A DNA stretch of 64,000 nt from an uncultured Gemmatimonadales bacterium (GTDB lineage Bacteria > Gemmatimonadota > Gemmatimonadetes > Gemmatimonadales > GWC2-71-9). The position numbers and the translations under genes were made by a program. How positions within the stretch are numbered: the stretch's first letter is position 1; the number at the start of each line of letters is the position of its first letter. The notes beneath the pieces were generated by a model. That model ran no database searches and was not told the origin of the DNA. It worked only from the letters and a program-made list of their open reading frames with translations. The stretch covers positions 64,001 to 128,000 of the forward strand of contig CAWGSK010000012.1 in NCBI GenBank assembly GCA_963825055.1, given 5' to 3'. Shown here piece by piece: positions 40,574-50,422 of this stretch.

Positions 40574-41884
40574 GTGACCTCTCCCCGTGTTCCGGCGCTT
40601 TCCATAGATCCGGAGCTGAAGCGCAAGATCTGGTTTACCCTGCTTGCGCTGGTGATCTACCGGGTCGGCGCCCACATCGCCGCGCCGGGCGTCAACGTCA
40701 CGGCGCTGTCGGACTACATCGCAAACTCCGCCGCCGGTGGCTTTTTCCAGCTGTATGATACGCTGGGCGGCGGCCTCTCCCGGGCCACCGTCTTCGCCCT
40801 CGGCATCATGCCGTACATCTCGGCCAGCATTCTGTTCCAGCTGGCCGGCGGCGTGATGCCGTCCATCGGCAAGCTGCAGCGGGACGAAGAGGGCAAGAAG
40901 AAGCTCACCCAGTGGACCCGGTACACCACCGTGGTCATCTCGGCGGGGCAGGCCTGGACCTTTGCTCTCTTCACCGAGTCCATTCCCGGCGCCATTGCCT
41001 CTCCCGGGCTGTTCAGCCGGCTCATGATGGTCGTGACGCTCACCACGGGTGCCGTCTTCGTCATGTGGCTGGGCGAGCAGATCACCGAGCGCGGCATCGG
41101 CAACGGCATGAGCCTGCTCATTACGTTCTCGATCCTCGAGCGGCTCTGGCCGGGCACGCTGAACTTCCTGCAGTTCCTGAAGGCCCAGGTCATCAGCCCG
41201 CTGGGCGCGGTGGCCTTTATCCTGGTCCTGGTCGCGGTGGTGGCCGCCACCACCGCCATGACGATCGCCGCGCGCCGGATCCCGATCCAGATCCCGCGGA
41301 AGGTGATGGGGCGGGGACGGGTGCGGGAATCGCAGAAGACCTTCATCCCGATCCGGCTGCTCACCGCGAGCGTGATGCCGATCATCTTCGCCCAGACGAT
41401 CATCATCGTCCCGGGCACGGTGGCCAGCTTCGCCCGGAGCGAGACCCTGCAGAGCCTGGCCGACTTCTTCACGCCCGGCGACCTGCCGTACATCATCGCC
41501 TTCACGGTGATGATCCTGCTCTTCACGTATTTCTACACGTCCATCATCTTCAACTCAGTGGACCTGGCGGAGAACCTGAAGAAGCAGGGCGGGTTCATCC
41601 CCGGCGTGAAGCCGGGCGCGAGCACCGCCGACTACATCGACGCGGTCCTCGGCCGGGTCACCCTGCCGGGCGCCATCTTCCTGGCCGTGGTCGCCCTGGT
41701 GCCGATCCTCATCACCCAGCAGATCGGGTTCCAGGCGGCGTTCGGCGGCACGTCGGTGCTGATCGTGGTCGGTACGCTACTGGATACCATCGCCCAGGTC
41801 GAACAGCACCGCACGCTCCGCAAGTACGACAGCCTGATGAAGACAGGCCGGGTCAAGTTCCGGGGCCGCCAGCGGTTCATGTAG
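40574..41884 (+). CDS. secY: Preprotein translocase SecY
   Basis: FALGIMPYISASI, WLGEQIT, GIGNG, GGTSVLIVV. Confidence 0.99.
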   Translation: MTSPRVPALSIDPELKRKIWFTLLALVIYRVGAHIAAPGVNVTALSDYIANSAAGGFFQLYDTLGGGLSRATVFALGIMPYISASILFQLAGGVMPSIGKLQRDEEGKKKLTQWTRYTTVVISAGQAWTFALFTESIPGAIASPGLFSRLMMVVTLTTGAVFVMWLGEQITERGIGNGMSLLITFSILERLWPGTLNFLQFLKAQVISPLGAVAFILVLVAVVAATTAMTIAARRIPIQIPRKVMGRGRVRESQKTFIPIRLLTASVMPIIFAQTIIIVPGTVASFARSETLQSLADFFTPGDLPYIIAFTVMILLFTYFYTSIIFNSVDLAENLKKQGGFIPGVKPGASTADYIDAVLGRVTLPGAIFLAVVALVPILITQQIGFQAAFGGTSVLIVVGTLLDTIAQVEQHRTLRKYDSLMKTGRVKFRGRQRFM

Positions 41885-41889
41885 CCGGC

Positions 41890-41972
41890 GAGGGAAGAGG
41901 GAAGAGGCACGAGGGACCAGGAACGGTGGACGGGAGGCAACACCCGTTCACCGTTTACCGTTTACCGTTCAC
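41890..41972. repeat. Heptamer repeats, partly hairpin-forming
   Basis: GAGGGAA-type units, then CCGTTCA/CCGTTTA x4; right arm resembles the one at 3788-3814. Confidence 0.85.
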
Positions 41973-41988
41973 GCTGCTGGAGTGTTTC

Positions 41989-42555
41989 GTGGATATTCTG
42001 CTGTTGGGCCCGCCGGGGGCGGGGAAAGGCACCCAGGGCGCCATCCTGGGCGAACGGCTCGGCCTCCCCAGGTTCGCCACCGGAGACCTGCTGCGTGACG
42101 CGGTCCGCCGCGGCACCCCGGTGGGCCTCAAGGCGAAGGCCATCATGGAAGCCGGCCACCTGGTGAGTGACGACGTCATCATGGGCGTGGTCCGGGACGA
42201 ACTGGCGAAGCCCGGCGCGCGGGATGGCGTCATTTTCGACGGTGTCGTCCGGACCATCCCGCAGGCGGAAGGCGTGGCGGCGCTGCTGGCCGAGCGGGGA
42301 CGGACGATGGACCACGTGCTGTTCTTCGACGTGGCGGACGAGGAGATCCTGGGCCGGATCGCGAAACGGCGGGGCGTGGAGCAGCGGGCCGATGACGATC
42401 CCGACGCCGTCGCCGTCCGGCTCCGGGCCTACCGCGAGCAGACGGCGCCGGTGCTCGCCTGGTACCGGGAGCGCGGCGGGGTGGACGTGGTCGACGCGCT
42501 CGGTACGGTGGACGAAGTGGCGGAACGGGTCCGCCGGGTGATGGAGCCCGCGTGA
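41989..42555 (+). CDS. adk: Adenylate kinase (short LID form)
   Basis: GTG start; GPPGAGKGTQ, TGDLLR, RADD. Confidence 0.95.
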   Translation: MDILLLGPPGAGKGTQGAILGERLGLPRFATGDLLRDAVRRGTPVGLKAKAIMEAGHLVSDDVIMGVVRDELAKPGARDGVIFDGVVRTIPQAEGVAALLAERGRTMDHVLFFDVADEEILGRIAKRRGVEQRADDDPDAVAVRLRAYREQTAPVLAWYRERGGVDVVDALGTVDEVAERVRRVMEPA

Positions 42556-43313
42556 TCACGATCAAGTCCGCGCGCGAGCTTGAGGCGATGGCCCGGGCCG
42601 GGCAGATCGTGGGCGATACGCTCGCACTGATGCACCGGTCGGTCGAGCCCGGCATGTCCACCGAAGACCTGGATAACATCGCCGAGGCCTTCATCCGGAG
42701 CCATGACGGCGCGCGCCCCTCCTTCAAGGGGCTCTACGGCTTTCCCAAAACCCTCTGCACCTCGATCAACGAGGAGATCGTCCATGGGATCCCGAGCCCG
42801 AAGCGCGTGCTCCGGGAAGGGAGCACGGTAAGCGTGGACGTGGGTGTCTGCATCGACGGCCTCCACGCTGATTCCGCCACGACCATTCCCGTGGGCGAAA
42901 TCGCGCCAGAGCACGAGCGCCTGCTCCGGGTGACCCGCGCGTCGCTCGAGGCGGGCATTGCCCAGGCGAAGGTGGGGAACCACGTCGGCGACATCGGCCA
43001 TGCGGTCCAGCAGGTGGCCGAAGCGGCCGGCTTCGGCGTCGTCCGGGAACTGGTGGGCCACGGGATCGGGACCGCGTTTCACGAGGAGCCCCAGGTCCCC
43101 AACTTCGGAAGCCCGCGCCGGGGCCCGCGCCTGCTGGAAGGGATGACCCTCGCCATCGAGCCGATGATCACCCTGGGCAGCCCGGCTACCCGCACCCTGT
43201 CCGACAAGTGGACCGTGGTGACGGCGGACGGCTCGCTTTCAGCCCATTTTGAGCACACCGTGGCCATCCTGGCGGATGGGCCCCGTATCCTGACCCTGCC
43301 CGGCGGAAACTGA
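42552..43313 (+). CDS. map: Methionine aminopeptidase type I
   Basis: SINEEIVHGIP, GHGIG..FHEEP, AHFEHT. Confidence 0.98.
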   Translation: MITIKSARELEAMARAGQIVGDTLALMHRSVEPGMSTEDLDNIAEAFIRSHDGARPSFKGLYGFPKTLCTSINEEIVHGIPSPKRVLREGSTVSVDVGVCIDGLHADSATTIPVGEIAPEHERLLRVTRASLEAGIAQAKVGNHVGDIGHAVQQVAEAAGFGVVRELVGHGIGTAFHEEPQVPNFGSPRRGPRLLEGMTLAIEPMITLGSPATRTLSDKWTVVTADGSLSAHFEHTVAILADGPRILTLPGGN

Positions 43314-43372
43314 CGCGCTCCTCGCCCCTCCGGACGGGCCAGGGGCACCGCAGACCGTGGCGCTGGCCGGCC

Positions 43373-44158
43373 TTATCTCTCTGACAGCACGCCCAGCAAC
43401 CATTCATGGATGGCGGGATTGCCCGCCACCACCGGGCCATGCTCCACGCCCAGGTCCCGGCCCTTCCAGTCCGTCACCCGTCCCCCCGCCTCGCTCACCA
43501 GCACGATACCTGCCGCGATATCCCATGCGGACAGCCGCTGTTCCCAGAACCCCTCGAACGCTCCCGAGGCGACCGACGCGAGATCCAGCGCGGCGGCGCC
43601 CGCGCGACGGACCCCGGTCGTTCCCCTGATGACCCGCCCGAGCTGGTCCAGATACGCGTCGAGGCTGTCAAGATTGGTGAAAGGAAAGCCGGTGCCGACG
43701 AGGGCGTCCGCGGGCGACCGGATGGCCGAGACGTGGATGCGCTGGTCGTCGGCCCAGGCCCCGCCGCCCCGGCTGGCCCGGTAGAGCGTCCCCGCCTCCA
43801 CATCCACGATGACCCCTGCCTCGAGCCGGCCGTCCAGTGCCGCCGCGATGGAAACAGCGTACGCCGGAAATCCGTGGAGGTAGTTGGTGGTGCCGTCCAG
43901 CGGATCCACCACCCACACCAGGCCCCTGGCGTCGATATCACTGGACAGTTCCTCCCCGATGACTCGGGAGCGGGGAACCTCCAGGAGGAGGCGCTCGGTG
44001 ATGAGCTCCTCGCACTCCCGGTCCACCCGGGTCACGAAATCGTTCGGACCCTTACGGTCCCACTGGCCCGGATCCGGCCGCGTAACCTGCCGGAGCCAGG
44101 CGGCCGCCTCGGTAGCCGCGACCGTGGCGACGCGCAGTAAGTCTAAGCTGGACGCCAT
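43373..44158 (-). CDS. suhB: Inositol monophosphatase family protein
   Basis: WVVDPLDGTTNY, GAAALDLA, WDIAAG. Confidence 0.9.
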   Translation of the reverse strand: MASSLDLLRVATVAATEAAAWLRQVTRPDPGQWDRKGPNDFVTRVDRECEELITERLLLEVPRSRVIGEELSSDIDARGLVWVVDPLDGTTNYLHGFPAYAVSIAAALDGRLEAGVIVDVEAGTLYRASRGGGAWADDQRIHVSAIRSPADALVGTGFPFTNLDSLDAYLDQLGRVIRGTTGVRRAGAAALDLASVASGAFEGFWEQRLSAWDIAAGIVLVSEAGGRVTDWKGRDLGVEHGPVVAGNPAIHEWLLGVLSER

Positions 44159-44194
44159 CTTGCGGCTCCCTTCCGGGGTGGGTAGCTTGGGCGC

Positions 44195-45199
44195 ATGTCA
44201 CGTGTCTTTTCAGGAATTCAGCCGTCAGGCGAACTCCACATCGGCAACTGGCTCGGGGCCGTCCAGAACTGGGTCCAGCTCCAGCACACGCACGACTGCC
44301 TCGTGTGCATTGTGGACCTGCACGCCGTCACGCAGGAGTACGACCACGCGACGCTCGCCGGGCGCACCCGCGACATGGCGATCGGCCTGCTCGCCTGCGG
44401 GCTCGATCCCGAGCTCCTGACGCTCTTTGTTCAGTCACACGTCCCCGAGCACTCGGAGCTCCAGTGGCTCCTCAACGCCGTGACGCCGCTGGGCGAGCTG
44501 GAACGGATGACGCAGTTCAAAGATAAGTCACAGCGCTACGAGAGCATTCCGGCGGGGCTGCTCAATTACCCGGTCCTGATGGCCGCGGACATCCTGCTCT
44601 ACCGGGCCGATCGCGTGCCGGTGGGCGAGGACCAGATTCAGCACCTCGAGCTCGCCCGCGAGGTAGCCCGGAAGTGGAACCAGGAGTTTGCCGGGGGCGA
44701 GCCGTTCTTCCCCGAGCCGCAGCCGCTGCTCACGACGGCCCGCCGCATCATGGGGCTGGACGGCCAGGCGAAGATGTCGAAGAGCCTGGGCAATACGATC
44801 GGCCTGCTGGACACCCCTGAGGAGATCTGGGCAAAGCTGCGGCCCGCCAGGACGGATCCGAAGCGGGTGAGGCGCACCGACCCCGGGACTCCCGAAGACT
44901 GTAACATCTACGCACTGCACCGGTACTTCTCTCCGCCGCAGACCGTGGAACATGTCGCGACGCAGTGCCGCACGGCCGGCTGGGGATGCCTCGACTGCAA
45001 GCGCGTGCTGGCGGACAACATGATTGCGGCACTGGCGCCGATCCGTGAGCGGGCCCTGGAGCTGCAGGCCCACCCCGGGCGCGTTCGGGATATCCTGGCC
45101 GCCGGCGCGGAACGCGCCCGCCACGTGGCCGGCGAAACGATGCGCGCGGTCCGAGAGCGCATGGGATTCCTTGCCCAGACGGTGCGGGCCGGCTCCTGA
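44195..45199 (+). CDS. trpS: Tryptophan--tRNA ligase
   Basis: SGIQPSGELHIGN, YPVLMAADIL, VPVGEDQ, KMSKS. Confidence 0.98.
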   Translation: MSRVFSGIQPSGELHIGNWLGAVQNWVQLQHTHDCLVCIVDLHAVTQEYDHATLAGRTRDMAIGLLACGLDPELLTLFVQSHVPEHSELQWLLNAVTPLGELERMTQFKDKSQRYESIPAGLLNYPVLMAADILLYRADRVPVGEDQIQHLELAREVARKWNQEFAGGEPFFPEPQPLLTTARRIMGLDGQAKMSKSLGNTIGLLDTPEEIWAKLRPARTDPKRVRRTDPGTPEDCNIYALHRYFSPPQTVEHVATQCRTAGWGCLDCKRVLADNMIAALAPIRERALELQAHPGRVRDILAAGAERARHVAGETMRAVRERMGFLAQTVRAGS

Positions 45200-45235
45200 T
45201 CCGTATCGCCTGCTTCCCCTGACCGGAACAACCGA

Positions 45236-46324
45236 ATGGCAACAGCGACGGTGGAACGGATTATCAAGGCTGCGGTGGCGCGCGGCGCCTCCGACCTGCT
45301 CATCAAGGCAGGGGATGTGTTCCGGGCCCGCATCAACGGCGTCCTCGAGCCCCTCACGAAGCAGCGGCTGACTCCCGACCAGACCCGGGCTATTGCCATG
45401 AAACTGGTCGGCTCCGATACCGACCGCGCCCGCCTGGACCGCACCCAGGATTTCGACTGCAGCTGGGGGCTGCCGGGAGTGGGCCGGTTCCGGGTGAACG
45501 TGAGCCGGCAGCGTTCCAGTTTCATGATCGTCATGCGGGTGATCCCGTTCGACGTGCCCACGCTCGAAGGGTTGCACCTTCCCGCGGCCCTCGCGTCCAT
45601 CGCGGAGGCGGAACGGGGGCTCGTCATCGTGAGTGGCGCCTCGGGTGGCGGCAAGACCTCGACCGTGGCCGCGATGCTGAACCATGTGAATCGCAATTTC
45701 CAGCGCCACATCGTCACGATCGAGGATCCCATCGAGTTCCTGCATCGTGATGTGAAGTCATCGGTGACCCAGCGCGAGGTGGGCGTGGATACCGCGTCCT
45801 ACCTGGTCGGTCTCGGGGCGGCGCTTCGCCAGGACCCCGACGTGATCGTCCTGGGCGAGCTGGTCGACAGCGAGACAATGGACCGGGCGATAAAGGCGGC
45901 GGAGATGGGCCACCTGGTCCTGGCGGCGATGACCACATACGACGTGACGCAGACCGTCGCACGGCTCCTGGCACTCTACCGTCGCGATGAGCGCCACGTC
46001 GGACGTCTCCGCCTCGCGAGTGTGCTTCGCGCGGTCATCAGCCAGCGCCTGGTACCGCGGGGTGACGACGGGGGCCGCGTGCCTGCGGTCGAGATTCTCA
46101 TGTCGAGCCCGGAAATCCGGGCGCGGATCGAGGAGCCGAACCGGCTGGGCGAGCTGCGCGAGGTGATGGAATCCGGGGGCGAAGCCGGGATGCAGACGCT
46201 GGAGCAGCACCTCTCCGCGCTCACGGCAGAGGGCACGATCTCCGCTGAGACGGCCCGGGCGGTGGCGGCCGATCCCGAAGCCCTCGACCTCCCCCGGGCA
46301 AAGGGTCGAAGGGCGAAGTCATGA
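45236..46324 (+). CDS. PilT/PilU family type IV pilus ATPase (divergent)
   Basis: GASGGGKTS Walker A, TIEDPIE, ALRQDPDVIVLGE, GMQT. Confidence 0.9.
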   Translation: MATATVERIIKAAVARGASDLLIKAGDVFRARINGVLEPLTKQRLTPDQTRAIAMKLVGSDTDRARLDRTQDFDCSWGLPGVGRFRVNVSRQRSSFMIVMRVIPFDVPTLEGLHLPAALASIAEAERGLVIVSGASGGGKTSTVAAMLNHVNRNFQRHIVTIEDPIEFLHRDVKSSVTQREVGVDTASYLVGLGAALRQDPDVIVLGELVDSETMDRAIKAAEMGHLVLAAMTTYDVTQTVARLLALYRRDERHVGRLRLASVLRAVISQRLVPRGDDGGRVPAVEILMSSPEIRARIEEPNRLGELREVMESGGEAGMQTLEQHLSALTAEGTISAETARAVAADPEALDLPRAKGRRAKS

Positions 46325-47433
46325 AGGCCGCCCGCCCGCCGGAAGCCCGCGGGCTGGTGGAGAGTCTCCTGCGGTCCCCCAGGGAGGCCGGAACCGAGGG
46401 CGCAGACGCCGCCCGGGAGCGGGTGGCCGCCTTTCTCCGCGCCCATGGCTGGCAGGTGGAGGAACAGCGCTTCAGCTTTTCCGGGGGCGCACTGCTTGCC
46501 TTTCCGCTCTTCGGTGCGGGACTCGGCTGGCTCACCCTGATCGCGATCCCGCTCCTGCTCCTGCCCGCCGTGCCCCGCTGGGCTGCCCTGGTGGCCTGGC
46601 TCATCGGGCTGGCCGCGCTCGCCGTCCTCACGGCGGGACTGGGACTGGGCTGGTCGCGGTGGGGGGACGACCGCGAGGACGCCAACCTGGTGGCGACCCG
46701 TCCCGGCGGTATGGTGCGGGGCTGGTTCGTGGCCCACCTGGACACCAAGGCCCAGGGCCACTCGATGGCCGGACGGCTGGTGGCGGTCTGGGCCTGCGTC
46801 GCCGTGGTGCCCCTGTTCCTGGCCCTCTGCCTCTGGCGCCTGGTGGGGCCGCTCTCCCCAATGGTCGTGGCTGCCGGGGCCGGGGCAGCGCTGGCGGCCG
46901 GTGTCCTGGCCGGCCGGGGCCGCCTTCGCGGGGAGTCCCCGGGGGCACGGGACAACGGAACGGGCCTCTGCGCGCTTCTGGAGCTGGCGACCACTCTCCG
47001 GGACCCGGGAGCGGGCCTCCTGGTGACGGGTGCCGAGGAATTCGGGCTGGTCGGCGCCCGGATCATGGGCCGGGTGTCCCCCGAACGGGTACGCGGCACG
47101 ACGGTGATCAACTTCGACACGATCGACGAGACCGGACCGCTCCGGATCGTGGCGCACGACGGGCCGGGCCGCGCCCTGGCGGAGCGCCTCCGCCCGGTCC
47201 TGGGGAACGCGCGGACGCCGGTCCGCCTGCATCGCCTGCCCGCCGGCATCTTCGTCGACAGCCTCCCCATGGCCCGGACCGGCGCACGGGCGGTCACCAT
47301 CGCCCGGCTCGACTGGTCCACGCTCCGGAAAATCCACACCCCCCGGGATACGCTCGATGCCCTCTCACTGGAGACACCGAGGCGTCTCGCAGGGGTGCTG
47401 GCAGGGTTTGACCTTTCCGGGGCCGACGGCTAG
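46321..47433 (+). CDS. Membrane-embedded M28-family peptidase
   Basis: AHLDTK, GARDNGTG, GAEEFGLVG, INFD, IHT..D metal-ligand motifs with TM insertions. Confidence 0.8.
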   Translation: MKAARPPEARGLVESLLRSPREAGTEGADAARERVAAFLRAHGWQVEEQRFSFSGGALLAFPLFGAGLGWLTLIAIPLLLLPAVPRWAALVAWLIGLAALAVLTAGLGLGWSRWGDDREDANLVATRPGGMVRGWFVAHLDTKAQGHSMAGRLVAVWACVAVVPLFLALCLWRLVGPLSPMVVAAGAGAALAAGVLAGRGRLRGESPGARDNGTGLCALLELATTLRDPGAGLLVTGAEEFGLVGARIMGRVSPERVRGTTVINFDTIDETGPLRIVAHDGPGRALAERLRPVLGNARTPVRLHRLPAGIFVDSLPMARTGARAVTIARLDWSTLRKIHTPRDTLDALSLETPRRLAGVLAGFDLSGADG

Positions 47434-47436
47434 GAT
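47408..47436 (+). promoter_or_regulatory. Sigma70 promoter for purA
   Basis: TTGACC-N17-TAGGAT. Confidence 0.65.
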
Positions 47437-47452
47437 TGCTGGAGGATTCAGG

Positions 47453-47473
47453 AGCCCCGCCACGGGGCTTTTT
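47453..47473 (+). terminator. Intrinsic terminator-like hairpin in purA leader
   Basis: AGCCCCG-CCA-CGGGGCT followed by a T run. Confidence 0.65.
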
Positions 47474-47524
47474 CGTTGCCGGTACCCCGCGGTACCACAC
47501 CGACGTTCCGTCCGGAGCCTGCTG

Positions 47525-48806
47525 ATGTTCGATCCAAAGACCTACTGTGTCGTCGTGGTGGGCGCGCAGTGGGGGGATGAGGGGAAGGGAAAGCTGGTCG
47601 ACGTCCTGGCCGAACGGGCCGACCTCGTGGTGCGCTACCAGGGCGGGGCGAACGCGGGGCACACGGTCGTCACGGGCGACAGCCAGTTTGTCCTGCACCA
47701 GATCCCCTCGGGGATCCTGCACCAGGGGGCTACCTGCGTGGTCGGGAACGGTGTCGTGCTCGACCCGGATACCTTCTTCACGGAACTGGACGAGCTGACC
47801 GCGCGCGGGATCGACACGGCCGGGCGGCTCTTCGTGAGCGACCGGGCGCACCTGGTCCTGCCGCTCCACAAGCTGCTCGACAGCGCCAGCGAGAAGAGCC
47901 AGAAGATCGGGACGACGGGACGCGGTATCGGGCCGACCTATGAGGACAAGTATGGTCGGCGCGGCATCCGCGTGGCGGATCTCCGGAACCTCCCCGCCGC
48001 ACTGGAACTGGTGCGCGAGCGGGTCGAGCGGGCGAACCTGCTGCTGGAGTTGATGGGCTCCGCCGGGCGGGCCGACATGGCGGCGCACGAGGCGCTGCTC
48101 ACGCGGCTGGCGCCGCGCATCCTCCCGCTTGCCGCGGACAGCGGCCACCTGGTGGACCTCGCGCTGCGGCAGGGCCGGCGCGTGCTGCTGGAGGGTGCGC
48201 AGGGCGCCCTCCTCGATGTGGACCACGGCACCTACCCCTTCGTCACCTCCTCCAACACGACCGCCGGCGGTGCGGCCACCGGCGCCGGCATCGGGCCGAC
48301 CGCGATCGACGGCGTGCTCGGCGTGGTCAAGGCCTATACCACGCGAGTGGGCAACGGTCCCCTTCCGACCGAAGTTGAAGGGGGAACTGGGTGACAGGCT
48401 CCGTGAGGCGGGGGCCGAGTTCGGGGCGACCACCGGCCGCCCGCGGCGGTGCGGCTGGTTCGATGCCAACGTGGTGCGCTACGCGGTCCGAGTGAACGGC
48501 CTGACCGGGCTGGCGGTTACGAAACTCGATGTCCTGGACGGGATGGAGGAGCTCCCGGTCGGGACCGGCTATCGCCTGGACGGCGAGGTCTGCGAGGAGA
48601 TTCCGGCGGACGTGGAGCGGCTGTCCCGCGTGGAACCGGTGTATGAGGTGCTGCCTGGCTGGAACCGCCCCACCGGGGCGGCGCGGCGACTGGCCGACCT
48701 TCCGCCTGCGGCGCGTGCCTACCTGGACCGGCTGGAGGATCTGGCCGGGGCGCCCATCCGCTACGTCAGTGTCGGGACCCGCCGGGACCAGATCATCGAG
48801 GTGTAG
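47525..48806 (+). CDS. purA: Adenylosuccinate synthetase, with +1 frameshift in G5 run at 48380-48384
   Basis: GAQWGDEGKGK, GGANAGHT, EGAQG in frame 1; GATTGRPRRCGW, TKLDVLD in the next frame; removing one G restores 426 aa. Confidence 0.95.
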
Positions 48807-48808
48807 GC

Positions 48809-49828
48809 ATGGCCGACCCGACTGAACCCGTCATGCGTGAGGAGTTCCGCTCCGAGATCACGAGCCTGCTCGTGGTCGGCGCGGGGCCGGCGGGGCTGGC
48901 GGTGGGCATCGAGGCCGAGCGCCATGCGGTGCCCTGCATCCTGGTGGACCGCGGGACTGTCGTCAGCACCATCGAGCGGTATCCCCTCGGCATGACCTTC
49001 TTTTCCACCCCGGAGCGGCTCGAGATCGGCGACGTGCCCTTCATCGCGAGCCACGAGAAACCGACGCGCCGCGACGGCCTGCTGTATTACCGGCGGGTGG
49101 CGGAGCATTTCGAGCTGGATGTGCGCCCAGGGGAGAACGTCGTGGCCGTCGCGCGCGATTCCCATTCCCACTACCGGGTCACGGTGGAGCGGCGGGACGG
49201 CCGGCAGGTGTACCTGGCCGAGGCCGTGGTCTTCGCGACGGGGTACTACGACTGGCCCAACCTCCTTGGGGTGCCCGGCGAGGACCTTCCGCACGTCCAC
49301 CACTACTTCCGGGAGGGGCATGCGTACTGGAAGCAGAACGTGGTCGTGGTCGGGGCGGGGAACAGCAGCGTGGATGCGGCGCTCGAGTGCTACCGGGCCG
49401 GCGCGCAGGTGACCATCGTGCATTTCGGGCACGAGTTTGACCGGACCGTGAAGGCCTGGGTCATGCCCGACATCACCAACCGGGTGAGGGAGGAGAGCAT
49501 CGCCGTCCGCTGGGGCGCCCGGCTCTCCGTCATCATGCCCACCGAAGTGGAGATCGTCCTGGCGGATGGTGGGACCGAACGGTTCCCCTGTGATGCCGTC
49601 CTCGCCATGACGGGCTATCACGCCGACACCACCCTGCTTCGTGAGCTGGGTGTCCCGGTGGAGCCGGACACCGGCGTTCCGGCGCACGACCCCGGGACCA
49701 TGGCCACGCCGGTCCGCGGCATCTACGTCGCGGGCGTCCTGGCGGCGGGGAATGACGCCAACCGGCTGTTTATCGAGAACACGCGGCATCACGGGGAGGC
49801 GATTGTGGGAGATTTTCTCGGTCGCTGA
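48809..49828 (+). CDS. YpdA-family (putative bacillithiol disulfide) flavin reductase
   Basis: GAGPAG, YP..MTFFSTPERLEIG.VPF, KPTR, ATGYYD, FIENTRHH. Confidence 0.85.
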   Translation: MADPTEPVMREEFRSEITSLLVVGAGPAGLAVGIEAERHAVPCILVDRGTVVSTIERYPLGMTFFSTPERLEIGDVPFIASHEKPTRRDGLLYYRRVAEHFELDVRPGENVVAVARDSHSHYRVTVERRDGRQVYLAEAVVFATGYYDWPNLLGVPGEDLPHVHHYFREGHAYWKQNVVVVGAGNSSVDAALECYRAGAQVTIVHFGHEFDRTVKAWVMPDITNRVREESIAVRWGARLSVIMPTEVEIVLADGGTERFPCDAVLAMTGYHADTTLLRELGVPVEPDTGVPAHDPGTMATPVRGIYVAGVLAAGNDANRLFIENTRHHGEAIVGDFLGR

Positions 49829-49927
49829 CGGTGAATGGTGAAGAGTGAAAGGAAAAGAGAAGGGTCGCGGGGATGACTTCCCTGACCTCTCTTGTTTACC
49901 CTTCTTTTTACCTCTCACCTTTCACCG
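49829..49927. repeat. Degenerate heptamer-repeat hairpin between convergent genes
   Basis: CGGTGAA/TGGTGAA/GAGTGAA ... TTTACCC/CTCACCT/TTCACCG. Confidence 0.75.
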
Positions 49928-50422
49928 CTGGTTCTGCTGGAACCAGGTTGCCACGTCGAACCCGACCGGGTCGATCTCGTAATACCGGTTCTTGGTGAAC
50001 CGTCCAGTCGTCGGATAGTACGGCGGCGGCTGGTCCACGCCGCAGTGGTCGTAGGTGTCCTGTTCGGCCGGTGGAGACCAGCGTGGCCCGGCCGCGGATG
50101 GTACCGCTGACGCAGACGGAGCGGTCACGTAGATGTCGCCCTTGAAGTCCGGGTTCATCGCGCGGCTCAGCGGGATCATGGTGAGGGCCACGGCGCCGGC
50201 ATTGGTGGCGTCGGTGAAACCCTGCGTGACCAGCGGCAGAGATCGTCGCGTTGGGCGTGCCGCCCCATCCGGCCCAGGCCTGCCAGGAGCCGTACGGCGG
50301 GCTCACCCGCGCGATCGAGCCCGGCTCCAGGAACCGGTCACCCCCCAGGTAGCAGCGGCGCCCACCAGGAGCGCGACCAGCGTGAAGGCTGCTATGGCGC
50401 GGGTGCGGGAAGTCGGCGTCAT
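49922..50422 (-). pseudogene. Collapsed remnant of distal minor-pilin genes (PilW/PilX-like fragments)
   Basis: ATG at 50422 coupled to upstream stop reads MTPTSRTRAIAAFTLVALLVG (degenerate pilin motif) and stops after 39 aa; 3' end encodes an orphan C-terminus YDHCGVDQPPPYYPTTG... Confidence 0.5.

Noticed and set aside
40912..41988. 547-aa ORF apparently fusing a long N-terminus to adenylate kinase
   Set aside because: Alternative frame of secY plus the repeat; adk starts at GTG 41989.
48375..48394. Programmed frameshift in purA
   Set aside because: No known recoding in purA; a single extra G in a homopolymer, with other +1 errors in the window, explains it more simply.
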